Shown here one piece after another: positions 41,501 to 52,700 of a stretch of 64,000 nt of DNA. This DNA is from Phoronis australis. Lineage: Eukaryota; Animalia; Phoronida. Location: contig NMRA01000443.1 in assembly GCA_002633005.1 (NCBI GenBank), positions 210,361 to 274,360 on the forward strand, in the 5' to 3' direction. A program made the translations under genes and the position numbers. The notes beneath the pieces were generated by a model, which was not told where the DNA came from, ran no database searches, and was given only the letters and a program-made list of their open reading frames with translations. Positions within the stretch are counted from its first letter, which is position 1. Each line of letters opens with the position of its first letter.

Positions 41501-44500
41501 CTGTCTTACCTCGTCCGCCACTCCCACCTCCAAACATTTTTGGCTGCAGAGTCGTAGTATTTGTCACCGCGGTTTACAATCACACGAGCCGCCATTGAGG
41601 AAATCCACCACGCTATCCCAGATGCCCCGGCAATGTTGACAATTTACGTTCCTCCGAAACATAAAGAGCAACTTCCGCTTTTCGAGGTGAAAGTCGTCGG
41701 CAACGCGGCATTAAGAAAGAAATTTGCCNAACATATCAGTTTTCAATAGTCGGTTTTAATGATTAGTAAAATAACATCAATTAATTACCTTTGAGTGAAA
41801 CTGCCATTTTTCTTCATAATAGCTTATCATTATACAGAAGTACATTGTAACTGCTATTTTTATCACACCTGCCTGAATCACACTGGATTAGATTTTTTCT
41901 TAGCTACATGGGTGCTTATAAACATAGCTAAGTGTGTGTGTGCGTGCGTGCATGCGTGTGTGAGCATGTGTACCTGTGCGTGTGTGTCACAGCTGAATTA
42001 ACTGATCATCACTTGACTAGCCGTCGACCAAATGAAAACAAGCAATTTCATTTTCCCTGACACTAGATGGCCTTACTAACAACTCCTGAGTACAGATGCA
42101 CGTACCAAGCTGCAGTTCCTGGTTACGATCCTCTTCATCCAAATCTATCAGAAGTGGCTTCTTGTTCTTGCCCATTTTGAACGGCTTGGCACGTGTGCGC
42201 GCCTTGCGAGTGGACAGCAGACGATACATCTCATAGCCCATCAGTAACACACCACCTTTCTCACACCAGGCTTCTGTAACAGACACGATGGAACATGCTG
42301 GCAATGACTACAGGTGAAAGTCAATATCATATGAACAAAGAACACATCAGGTAAACAGTATAGTGGCTTCTTGTAAGTTGTTTTTTTTAACGTTCAGGCG
42401 ACAGTGCAGGGTTTTTAACTGTAATCCATTTTTCAAAAAATACACCGCAGACAAGCAAAATATTTCTGTTGTTTTCTTTAAGATAGCGAGGTGCAGGTTT
42501 TGGGGTAGTGTCGCAACACAGTACCAACTGTGCTTGCTTGGCCCCACAAGGTATTAATCAAAACAAAGAGAAGCTAAAAATACAAATGACAAAAATGATA
42601 TACAATAATTGACTGAAATTTTTACAAAATAATCAGGATGCCATTTTGCTATTTTCGTACTTTGTTTCGAATCGATGATTTTAAAAAGAACCTACATTCA
42701 GCAAGATAGTCATACACAAATTCCAAACAAATTGGTGTTTCCAGCACCAGCTGACCACCGTAAGCTGACAAAACACACCAGAAAAATAAAAATTACAGGA
42801 CAAACAATCGTGACTGACCTATGACCTTGGCCCTCGCAGCTACTGTTTTATGCATGTCGTTGACTACGTGTAACGTGAATTTCCTCGGTAGCACATCCTC
42901 CTCTGATATCCCAGCCACGACTTCTGGTAGAGGGAGCCACATGTTGAACTCGGACACCCAGTTCTGAAGTGTGTTGATTGGCACAATGATAAGAATCTTT
43001 TTCATGTCTGTGCAGCGCAGCAGAACATCGACAAATCCTACTACCTGGATAGTCTTTCCGAGACCCATGCTGTGAGCGAGGATACACCCAAAGCCAGGAC
43101 TAGAATGCAGCCGTGACAACGACTCGACTAGATTATCGTAGAGAAACCGGATACCACCAATCTACAAAGATCAAAATATTTAATCGCACAGAAACTAATA
43201 CATGATTATTAGCTTGTTAACTTCATATTGATCCATGAAGACTTATGAATCTCAAATAGGAGTACAACAAAAACCAATTCCACATAGAAAAAACTAGCAA
43301 TGAATTTTGAACATTTTAAGCACTTGGCACCAAACATATTTACTTTTGGCGTACCACATACTGAGTATCACTTATTTTCAATAACAATTACGTTGATTTC
43401 TACCATGCAAAGATGATGTTCTTTTTTATTTTTAAGCCAAATACGCTACGTGATCAAATAAGATTGTAAAACACGAACATAAATATACCTGGTGCGGTTT
43501 GACTGTGTACGCCACTTGGGGAGCTAGGAAAAGGTCAGGCTCATCATCAGGATGACCTACGTTGACTAGAACTTGGCCGTTTTCGTTCTTCTTATTTAGC
43601 ATGTCATTTACGTGACTACCACTGTTTTCATCATCGCTTGAATCCTGCTTGGTGTCTTCATCTGAACTGAGTACGACCACGTCTAAAGTGAGAATGTCAA
43701 ATCACTGAATTCATGTTCCACATAATTACAAATAGAATTTTCAATTAGATCACACAATGAACAGTTCAAAGCTTGGTAGATTTGCGTATAGTACAAGACA
43801 AAAGTAATCAATAGGCCAAGATAGGATACAAGACAAAAGTAATCAATAGGCCAAGATAGGATACAAGACAAAAGTAATCAAACAAAATACCGTTTCCCTA
43901 CGACTAATTCTACTTAAAACAAAAATGACTAACATGACTAGTAATGACTATTATGACAACAACTTTCTAATTACAGGAAGATTAAGTGTGGCTGTTAATT
44001 CCCATTTCTCCGTCATAAGAGAAGACTACTTTGCCAATGAATTCGGCTTCCATCCACCATCTTGATGGGTAGGTCACATTGTCTAAATACTTTTAAAGTA
44101 CACTGCAGACTGACACAAAAAATGACATTGAGAGTATAATTCAGATAGATGTTTGAAGTTAGCAAATCAGTCTCCAAGTCGCAGGCTCCAAGTTTTGATA
44201 ATAATAATTACCTCTCTTTGTAGAAACCACAACCACACAGTCACTATCTTGGTCATCTGAAAAACAGAATAATGTGTAACTCAATAGCCTTCTGCAGACA
44301 AAAGCACGATTGAATCTATCAACTTTCTCCAGTCTCATAGAACACTAAAGCTGTAAATAAAGTATATTTTGAGAAAAAGATAATTTGGCGATTATTTTGG
44401 TGACAAATAAGACAACACTTAGCGGTGTCTTTTGGTTCTAATGACTTGGGTAATAAGTAGTGAGGTAACGAACTTCTGTTAATTAATGAAACACTATTAG

Positions 44501-47500
44501 CACAGTTTTGAGGGAGTTTAGTGGTATCATTAAGAGAAAACTTTAAAAACAGTGTTAACAACATTTGAACATGACACACGAGCCATCGTTTCAAAGATTT
44601 TAAACAAATAGTGTACTATTAACTGTTACTGTACGAATGAACTGAGTTTTCAGCTAGAAAACGAAATACTTGATCTCAGTGAAAGCGTGTACCAGGTAGA
44701 GCAGTAAACGTGAATCTGTGTTAAGACCAAGCTGTAATAACAACCAGTCTTATAATGTTCAAAGGGTTGCGAACGTGAGAAGTAATAGAATACAGAAACA
44801 GGCTTACGAAATAAAGAACTGTGTTAACATGACCAATACCATTATGGTGGTAATCAATACTTACTAATCATTGCAATCATTTTCATTATTGTAGTTATAA
44901 CATATCCATGTGGTTAATGTAAATACTTAAAGACTGGGATGATTTTTTCACGAGAGACTCTAAAGTTGGGAGAGATCTAGTTTTCAGTCAGATAAATAAA
45001 CAACTTTTGTACAGAGTCTGTGTCATGAAAAGTAATGGAAGACCAATTGTGGAACAAATTCTCCACTTCGGAACAGTAAAAATTAACCATTTTGTTCAAG
45101 ATCGAGGCTTGTACAAAATTTTAGAAACGGGCAATATTGGACATCCCAAATTAAAGAATTACGATCTACAACAAAGCAACATTCGCCTCAATGCATGAAG
45201 TATGAAAATGTTGCATCACTGGCTAATTTTCTGATGATTTCATGAATTACTGAGACTTCAGACTCTTTTGATACAAAACGATGATTGAAAAACAAGATCA
45301 AAATATGACCATAATTGCACAATGCCCCAACCTTCAGAATCACGAAAATTCAATTTCAGCTTAAATTTCTAAGTTCCAAATATGATGGAGAATGTTTATT
45401 GTTATTATCAGTTCAATGGCAGCCTTACCATCCAGTAGTGACTTGAGATGTGAATGTTTCTCCTCAGCCTCTTGCTGTGCTATCATATTCTTCTTGAACT
45501 CACTGATCCGCTTCTTGCGCTCCAGCTCCTCCTGTTGAGCAGTTAAGGTATTCTGTTCCAGGTCTTTGTCAGCCAGGATTTTCCTTCAGGATGAACAAAA
45601 CAGAGTTGTTTATTAATATCAGTAGCCAAGTGGCAGATACACAAATGGACATTGGCCTTATTTGGGAGCTTCGAACAGCATGCACAGGCACTCCAGAGCA
45701 GAGATTTTTGAAGGAAATTTGCCTCTTTAAGGTTATGCAGGACCATATTGACAAGTCTTTGCAGTTAATCAAATATACAACTATAGAATTTATCCCAAGA
45801 AAAGAATATTTTCCGAAAATAAGGCGTGTAGAATTCTTGGACTGTATACTAATCTGACATGGATCGGATCACGTGACGACGTCTTTTTAGTAAAATTCAT
45901 TAAATTAAAAAGAAAGATACAGTAATTGCACCAATCAACATTACCAAATTCCATTTGATTCAAATGTTCAAGAAGAAATTTCAAAAAAAAATGTTTCAAA
46001 TTAACCATTTCATTTTCGTTTTATTCATTTTTCAATTTTCCATAAAAATCATCCAGTCTTATTTTTGCTAGACCTTCGTGTAAAAACAATTCCTAATAGC
46101 CTTATAGGAAACAGTGCATAAAACACAGCTTCTGAAAATTTCGTACAATTCCAATCAGCCACATATAAGATGTGATGTGCCAAAGAAAGTCGAATTTGAA
46201 CATTTTATTAATGTCCCACATAATCTTAAAGTGGGAAGCGACTTGTACCACACTGTCACCTTGTCACCTTTTCTTCGCTATTTTGTAGAGTTACAGGAGC
46301 ATACACAGATAATGATACACAGCCGCAGCCATCTATATTACACATGAACGACATAATATTCAAGGAAACATCATCTCCACACATCTGTAGTTAGGACGCA
46401 ACGACAGCACTCCTGACTCCTTCCAACAACTCATTGTGCAGACGACATTATCCAAAAGTTGTCAATGGAAAGGACGAGCCTGTAGGTGAATCGTTGGGTT
46501 AACTTGGGAACGGGCAGATGATTAGTCGGGTTACTATCTAGGGAGGGGTAGATGATTAGTTGGGTTACTATCTAGGGAGGGGCAGATGATTAGTTGAGTT
46601 ACTATCTAGAGAGGGGCAGATGATTAGTTGGGTTACTATCTAGGAAGGGGCAAATGATTAGTTGGGTTACTATCTAGGGCGGGGCAGATGATTAGTTGAG
46701 TTACTATCTAGAGAGGGGCAGATGATTAGTTGGGTTACTATCTAGGGAGGGGTAGATGATTAGTTGAGTTACTATCTAGAGAGGACAGATGATTAGTTGG
46801 GTTACTATCTAGAGAGGGGCAGATGATTAGTTGGGTTACTATCTAGAGAGGGGCAGATGATTAGTTGTGTTACTATATGGGGAGGGGCAGATGATTAGTT
46901 GGGTTACTATCTAGAGAGGGGCAGATGATTAGTTGAGTTACTATCTAGGGAGGGGCAGATGATTAGTTGAGTTACTATCTATGGAGGGGCAGATGATTAG
47001 TTGAGTTACTATCCAGAGAGGGGCAGATGATTAGTTGGGTTACTATCTAGAAAGAGGCAGATGATTAGTTGGGTTACTATATGGGGAGGGGCAGGTACAT
47101 GTAGACTCTGAGGTGATTCTACGAGTTCATAAGAACCTGACCATCCCAACGAAGCAAATGGAGATCAGGGTAAATAATGTTATCTGTTGCAAGACAAATG
47201 TACTGTAATTCAGGCAAGAAAAGAGTGACATGAGACAGCTGTCAGTCATACTGTAACACACTTCCTTAACAAATGTTGTCAACTTCAATCTCAACTGTAC
47301 ATACAACATGTGTAGATACATAACCTCAACACATCAATAAGCCACATATTCAGAGCAGTCTGGCTATAAAATGTGGTCTACATTTTTGAGAACCCATCAA
47401 ATAACAGTAGAACAGAAACTCACAGCTAATTATACATTTCACCTCACCACAACACTACTATGGCTCAGATATAGTTGGACAAGAACAAATTCAACCTAAC

Positions 47501-49792
47501 GAGATGGTGAATGATGACAATTATATTCCGGAATAATAGCAAAATGCATCAGCGTCCCGTCCTTGTCAATAGTATATGGCTCTCCAAAGGTTTTCTAGTT
47601 TATTTAAACTACTGGTCATCACAACTATATCAATTTCTCAAAGCATATGGACTGGTATGAAAATTTGACAAGAGTGGTTTCACTTGAACACATGACAACA
47701 CAGCAAACTCACAAAGTTAGCAAAAATTATATAAATGAGCTTATAACCTTGACAACACCTGCTTCATACCACCTTTCAAGTGACTGCCATAATTCCAAGC
47801 ACACACTCAATCATTTTTTTTCATGCGACCTGAGAAACAGCCTTTAAACTTCAGGATTTCCTGGTTCAATCCGACTTGGATTCACTCTAACAATAATTAG
47901 TACATGACCTTCTGTTTACAATCAGAACAGTTTTCTGGCATCTAGTTGCATTCGATATATAACAAAACACCAATAGAAATGAAAAATCGTTTAAAATAAG
48001 GTAAAACAGAGCGTTAGCTTGAGGTACAAACAACATCAACAGCAAAATTTAAGAATAATTCTGTTGCTTGTTAGGTCAATACAAACACCTTTCAAAAACA
48101 TGACCCATGCTATATATTTAGATGTGGCAAAACATCGACTACAACACTCTTGACTGCCTATGTGTTGTCAGATAAACCAACGGAGAGAAAAATTGGTCCA
48201 TCTTGTAAGTTTTTTGGTAAGTATGCAGTAAACTTTAAGTTGTTGAGCCTGCATTTGTCAAACAAGACTGCTAAAATTCAAATTAAATAGAATTTTTAGC
48301 AGTTAATACATCAAAACAAATTATGATATGATCTTTAATCCAGGTGTAATAAGTTGTTAAAACCACGTCAATGCATTCCCTCACAAGCTCCCAGGAAAAA
48401 TCTGGTTTACAATTATTGTTACAAAATGTAAGAAAATGCAGCTTCACAATTTCATGGCTCTGGATCGCAGAACATTAAAATAAGTTGGTTTAATTTGAAT
48501 TTTTCAATGTTATTGGCCAAACTCTGGTCCACCAAATTTAAAGGAACTCACAACAATGCAAGATATGCAGGTATAAAACCATAACTTGAATACTGAGTAG
48601 GAATGTATCCAAGGACGTACCTGATGTTTTCCAAGCACGTACCTGATATTTTTCCAAGGACATACCTGATGTTTTTCCAAGCTCGTACCTGACGTTTTTC
48701 CAAGGACGTACCCGATGTTTTTCCAAGGACATACACGATGTTTTTCCAAGGACGTACCTGATGTTTTTCCAAGCACGTACCTGACGTTTTTCCAATGGCG
48801 TACCTGACGTTTTTCCAAGGACGTACCTGATGTTTTTCGAAGGACGTACCTGATGTTTCTTCGCTCAAATGAACGTTTTGATTTCTTCTTCTTTTTCTGC
48901 CTCCCATCCTTCACAGACTTCTTACGCTTTCCTGATTTAATCTGGTCCCCAGCAGGGTCAGTAGCCCCAGACCTATAAAGCCCAGTGAAAAACTACGTTT
49001 AAGAGACAAAACAGAATGATCAAGGAAGACATTTTGTTGTATTAAGCATATTCATTATCGCATCGAACATTATGAGTTTCTTGATATTCGACTTTTATGA
49101 TACAAATCTTAAGACAAACACTGTATTTTGATTAAACATATAATGCCTAAAAGAAATTATCATGTTAGCGAAGGGATATCATTGTTCAGCCATAACTGTA
49201 CTTTCCTTTTTTCCACAAATTTAACAGTATTCACACTATGAGGTATGTAACCCAATCACACTATAAGGTATGTAACCCAATCAATAACAGATTCCTGTAA
49301 AAGCCACACTTTCTATTCCCAGAAGTACTCAGTTGAATTCCATATTTGGTTAAATTCATAGACTCATGATTGTATCAACAAGAAAACCACAAGTTCTGCA
49401 ACACTGGCAAATTACACAACCACCCGAGATAAAACAATGAACTGTATAATTATCACTTACGTTTGACTGGTGCTGACACCTGGATCATTACACCGTTCAT
49501 CATCACCGTCTTCATTATCAACTGACTCGATATCACTCTCACTGCCAGAGTCATAATCTGACGGAGGTCTGTCATTGGCCAATTCATCCAAGGCGCCATC
49601 TTCTTCTTCACCCACATCCTGACTCGACAATGACACGTTATCCATGTCAGTTGTGCACGTTGTGGAGTAAGCATCGAAACTTGCACTAGAAGCGGAGTGG
49701 GCAAGACCGCCCCCTGGAGGCAGAAAATCTGAGCTGGAGCCGCGCGACATGTCCTCATCAGGATTATACAATGAATCTTGAGGGAACATCAT
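28578..49792 (-). CDS. RAD54L2: Helicase ARIP4 / RAD54-like 2 (SNF2 family, ATRX-related), whole span; 21 coding exons, about 1422 aa
   Basis: Phase-consistent exon chain summing to 4269 nt. Motifs [73 protein letters not shown]4-like flanks RRNIRKIL...[17 protein letters not shown] and [15 protein letters not shown]. Start codon inferred. Confidence 0.92.
30770..30850 (-). mobile_element. tRNA-derived CORE-type SINE fragment
   Basis: ggttaagtggcctgcccaatggcac core-like motif and a B-box-like tttcaatccctgg on the minus strand. Confidence 0.45.
30921..31139 (-). CDS. RAD54L2: RAD54L2 exon 20 (EIVLPGTN...[16 protein letters not shown]...)
   Basis: Conserved ARIP4 C-terminal block; gtgagg donor. 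Confidence 0.9.
31524..31654 (-). CDS. RAD54L2: RAD54L2 exon 19 (YYNSS...[11 protein letters not shown]...VQQIITTT)
   Basis: ARIP4-like SVRP..STPIP and V.Q...TTT; phases match. Confidence 0.88.
32281..32486 (-). CDS. RAD54L2: RAD54L2 exon 18 ([22 protein letters not shown]...YTRPSY...)
   Basis: ARIP4-like HESLL and YTRPSY motifs. Confidence 0.92.
32858..32959 (-). CDS. RAD54L2: RAD54L2 exon 17 (DKDLPVIDF...DPVL...WITK)
   Basis: ctgcag acceptor; phase 0-0. Confidence 0.88.
33498..33592. repeat. 31-bp tandem repeat x3
   Basis: Unit aaatgatgcatcacattggaccaatcagatc. Confidence 0.9.
33968..34041 (-). CDS. RAD54L2: RAD54L2 exon 16 ([25 protein letters not shown])
   Basis: DRVVD motif; phases match. 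Confidence 0.92.
34890..35269. repeat. 38-bp minisatellite, about 10 copies, spanning the exon-15 donor
   Basis: Unit gtaccagacattagtaagactaacactagagatggtac. Confidence 0.92.
35262..35467 (-). CDS. RAD54L2: RAD54L2 exon 15 (AGCLGINL...[11 protein letters not shown]...KQGMS)
   Basis: Helicase motifs V and VI. Confidence 0.95.
36076..36598. repeat. 24-bp minisatellite, about 22 copies
   Basis: Unit actgctgagcctttaacagcagat. Confidence 0.95.
36626..36725 (-). CDS. RAD54L2: RAD54L2 exon 14 ([19 protein letters not shown]...LLSTR)
   Basis: Helicase C-domain motif; gtgcgt donor. Confidence 0.94.
37441..37539. repeat. 32-bp tandem repeat x3
   Basis: Unit aaagttccacacagtgctaactaggtcaagtc. Confidence 0.85.
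37736..37839 (-). CDS. RAD54L2: RAD54L2 exon 13 ([14 protein letters not shown]...KTYY)
   Basis: FSQS motif spans the junction; gtaagt donor. Confidence 0.93.
38208..38326 (-). CDS. RAD54L2: RAD54L2 exon 12 (AVPLMDQY...GKMVLL...GEKVLVF)
   Basis: Translated by hand; approach to motif IV; canonical splice sites. Confidence 0.93.
39038..39226 (-). CDS. RAD54L2: RAD54L2 exon 11 (IWNHPD...IKYDW)
   Basis: WNHP motif; phases match. Confidence 0.93.
39675..39849 (-). CDS. RAD54L2: RAD54L2 exon 10 ([15 protein letters not shown]...AVCCK)
   Basis: LPPK motif; phases match. Confidence 0.94.
40133..40360 (-). CDS. RAD54L2: RAD54L2 exon 9 ([17 protein letters not shown]...EGFVQR)
   Basis: SNF2 motif III; canonical splice sites. 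Confidence 0.95.
40788..40902 (-). CDS. RAD54L2: RAD54L2 exon 8 ([16 protein letters not shown]; Walker B)
   Basis: DEGH motif; canonical splice sites. Confidence 0.95.
40987..42078. other. Duplicated ~350-bp segment (40987-41339 and 41730-42078) around the N at 41729; probable haplotype/assembly duplication
   Basis: Two near-identical copies with scattered SNPs; the second begins immediately after the N. Confidence 0.8.
41340..41728. mobile_element. One end of an inserted element (CAGGGCTTGG..., hAT-like), cut off by the N gap
   Basis: GC-richer sequence starts exactly where the flank diverges from its empty-site duplicate (ccttacta|cagggc versus ccttacta|acaac). Confidence 0.55.
42106..42273 (-). 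CDS. RAD54L2: RAD54L2 exon 7 ([18 protein letters not shown]...QELQL)
   Basis: [12 protein letters not shown] motif; phase 1-1. Confidence 0.93.
42819..43161 (-). CDS. RAD54L2: RAD54L2 exon 6 ([10 protein letters not shown]...[13 protein letters not shown]...; Walker A)
   Basis: SNF2 motifs I and Ia; canonical splice sites. Confidence 0.95.
43489..43682 (-). CDS. RAD54L2: RAD54L2 exon 5 ([10 protein letters not shown]...VLVNVGHP...VKPHQ)
   Basis: Canonical splice sites; KPHQ start of the SNF2 domain. Confidence 0.92.
43793..43881. repeat. 35-bp tandem repeat x2.5
   Basis: Unit acaagacaaaagtaatcaataggccaagataggat. Confidence 0.85.
44212..44256 (-). CDS. RAD54L2: RAD54L2 exon 4, 45-nt small exon ([15 protein letters not shown])
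   Basis: ttttcag acceptor, gtaatt donor; phase 1-1 fits the neighbouring exons. Confidence 0.65.
45429..45583 (-). CDS. RAD54L2: RAD54L2 exon 3 ([25 protein letters not shown]...KSLLD)
   Basis: In phase; ARIP4-like AQQEELER; gtaagg donor. Confidence 0.88.
46512..47094. repeat. 34-bp minisatellite, about 17 copies
   Basis: Unit gggcagatgattagttgggttactatctagggag; gatgattag recurs at 46517, 46551, 46585 and onward. Confidence 0.95.
48607..48860. repeat. 23-bp minisatellite, about 11 copies, built from the exon-2/intron junction
   Basis: Unit aggacgtacctgatgtttttcca (minus strand: ...aaacatcag|gtacgtcc). Confidence 0.92.
48850..48972 (-). CDS. RAD54L2: RAD54L2 exon 2 (SGATDP...[19 protein letters not shown]-like)
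   Basis: tttatag acceptor, gtacgt donor; RRNIR motif. Confidence 0.88.
49461..49792 (-). CDS. RAD54L2: RAD54L2 coding exon 1 (MMFPQDSL...acidic...VSTSQ); exon acceptor at 49826
   Basis: Open acidic frame; cctttag acceptor; gtaagt donor in phase 2 matches the next exon; true start ATG uncertain. Confidence 0.75.
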
Positions 49793-52700
49793 CTTTGCAA
49801 GTTCTGCTAAGCTTTCAATCCATAACCTAAAGGACAAGGAAAGGTATTATTACGACCAAGATTACAACGTAATGAAACAGTTGGTTTCAATTCCACTTAC
49901 AACAGCTTCTTAAAACCCCACTTTCCCTTCCTTGCTAAGATAACAAATGATTTCTGATCTTACAAAAACTAGAAAGTTCATTGTTGTTCTGCACCATGTT
50001 CACCAAATAAAATGACACGCCTTAACAAGTCATGATTATCGCCTGTAGCGAAAAACTGTCAGTTCTTTTAAAGCCAAGAAATCACTAGTACAACTTGAGA
50101 CCAACATGTTTTTGAGATTCATAAAACCCAACATTTTTTAAAAAATTACTTTCTGGTGTAGTCGGTGTAACAATCACCCTTATTTAAAGTATAGTAACTT
50201 TACTGGGGCACCAGAGCATTAACTTTAAGGGAATATACAAACATTCTGAACAATTTTTGTCATGTTTTATCTACTCCGAAAAGTATTTTGAACTGTTTCT
50301 AAAAAACGAAATTAAGGGAAATAATTCTCCAACATATAAATGTGAAGCTGTGAGCAAGCCATACTATGCAAATGATAGCATGAGTCTGTGGGACTGTCCA
50401 CTTAATCTCTGGAGTAACAACTACGTGCTAATGGCGTCACAGCTGAAATCAAAACAGCAATGTATGTAATAGGGCTGGGATTGAAAATTGTTACGTATCT
50501 CTGCCATTGAGCTCATTTATCGGAAGGAAAAAGTACTAATTATCAGAAGGGGAAAGCATAAAGCTTACTTGGACAGGTTGATGTTGCCAAAACTCTCTCA
50601 TTGTGTCGCTCTTCTGGTTTGAGGAATTGTTACTTTTAGGCCAATAAGGCAAAGTTGCTCCATGCCTTAAGCCAGACATATTTTGAGACCTACTGTACGC
50701 TCCTCTACCCAAACAATTTTGCAGTTAATTTTTTTTTGAAAAGCTACATAAAAAGGAACCTTAGTTGGAAAATGGCCATGATTGCACGACGCTTAATCGT
50801 CGTGAGAGACCGTCCGGAGTTGGTATATGGTGCAACTCGGGACGGTGTGGGGTCTACAGAAAACCACAGTTCAACTGTGAGTCTATACCAATGTGATAAA
50901 CGAGAGTAGTTCTACTTGCTGCGTCAGCTGCTGGTATGCTTATCTCTTTTATGCAAACAATGTGTGACTGGGCAAACCGTTTTCAAAATAATGTGGATAA
51001 ATCAGTGAAGTGTGAGACCCCTGAGGTCCCTGTCAAGTCCTCACGGCAATTTTACTTTATGAAGATAAATGATGAGTTAACGAAAAAACACAAGTAACAC
51101 GTCATTTTGCTAATGTCAGGTGGATTTTTCTTGCAAAAAGTGATCAACAGAAAGAGACAAGCACCTGCGATCAGAATCAAGTATGCTTTCTGGCCTTGCT
51201 TATTTCATTTTACAGAGATCAACAGCTTCAAGACATCTTGCCAGTAAAATATAAAATCCTTCACAAAGACAACATTTAACATATAGGGCAAGACGTTTCA
51301 TTTGTACCATTCTACTTTGATGGGAAATCAACACAATTATTTTAATTCTGTGCTCTAATATATTATAGACTACACAAACCCCTCAAGTTCAAATTTTGAG
51401 TCGAGACTCAAATTCTTAGCTTTGCTGTTGGGGTCATCAAGTGCAAAACAGGATTACATGAAGACATCGGCGTAAACCGTAACATACTCAAGCACAGAAT
51501 AATTCATAGCAATTTTGAGTCTGACTTTGCCTATAAAGATTAGATCCCAGCCCCATGTTGTTTTGCATACAGCCTTAGAGGTTTCAGTTCAAAATGAAAC
51601 TATTAGTCTTACAGGAATAGTGGAACCAACTACAGAGAATTTGTACACAAGAGGCACTCTTTTGAAAACGAGATTCCAAAAAGCCTCCCTGGAATCTTTT
51701 TTTGGGCCTTTGGCAAATCTAACATGCATGGACAATGTGTGTAAATTGTAAAACATAATTTTTTCGATTTTCATTTCGAGTTCATCTCTTGTAAACCGAG
51801 AGGCACTTCCAGACATCTCGAACAAGGACTACCAACATGTAGGAGCTCACTTGAACAGCATACTTTTAAATCTCACAACTGAATGAGAACACTGATGTTG
51901 GTGACACAAATTCACAAAACATATGATCTCGTGTATGCCATTTTTCAGGGCTCTTATTGGCAGGCATTTGAAGAAATAACACCCATGTTTCAACAGCAGT
52001 GTTTTTTGTACAGATAGCATGGGAATGTTAATTTAGTAAACAAACTGACACTGGTAAATCATGAATAAAATTTCCAGGTATTAGCCCAGGCAAATTTGGT
52101 TGAATTCGGAATACCAGGTAAATCATGTCACAATGTAAAAAAATCCAATTAAAATTTTAATTCCATTAAATTTAATATGGGAACCGCATTAAAGAGTCCC
52201 TCTACTGCTTTATTGAGAACCCCCGGGCAACTGATTTTGGAATATCACTTTGGAAATATACATCTGAAAGAGTACTCTGGAGGGCAATTTGGAAATTATT
52301 GGACCAGCAAAAATGGTGTCCTTGTATAAACCTCAGTAGTCACAATGGTACAAACAGCAATGTAATCAAATTTGCAAAAAAATCCACCAAATATTTCCCT
52401 GACTTATCACGTAAAACATACTGTCACAGGCCCAAGACAGTGTGGCCAATCATATTGGCCAACGCTTATCAATATCCTACCCACTAATTTTATCACTTGT
52501 AAGATACCTACAGTTGCATAACAGGACTAGTTACCTGTAATATGGAAACCTGTGTAATGCACGATAAGCACTTATCTATAGCTCTTCTATTCACTATACA
52601 GCAAAAAGTGACACTCACTTTTTACCAGACTAAATTAATCTATACCAGGCAGCTTCAACAAATTTAATGCAGTCCAAACCAAACCACTTTTCACGCATAC

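Noticed and set aside
46512-47094. CRISPR-like regular array (also 34890-35269)
   Set aside because: Head-to-tail units without unique spacers, no cas genes, eukaryotic intron
28578-49792. ATRX or RAD54 as the gene identity
   Set aside because: No ADD zinc-finger exons seen; AHSMGLGKT and the C-terminal GRIFAVR block fit ARIP4/RAD54L2 better
50569-50665. Possible additional upstream RAD54L2 coding exon (donor gtaagc at 50568)
   Set aside because: The frame that would join the main ORF contains a stop; at most a 5'UTR exon, unsupported without transcripts
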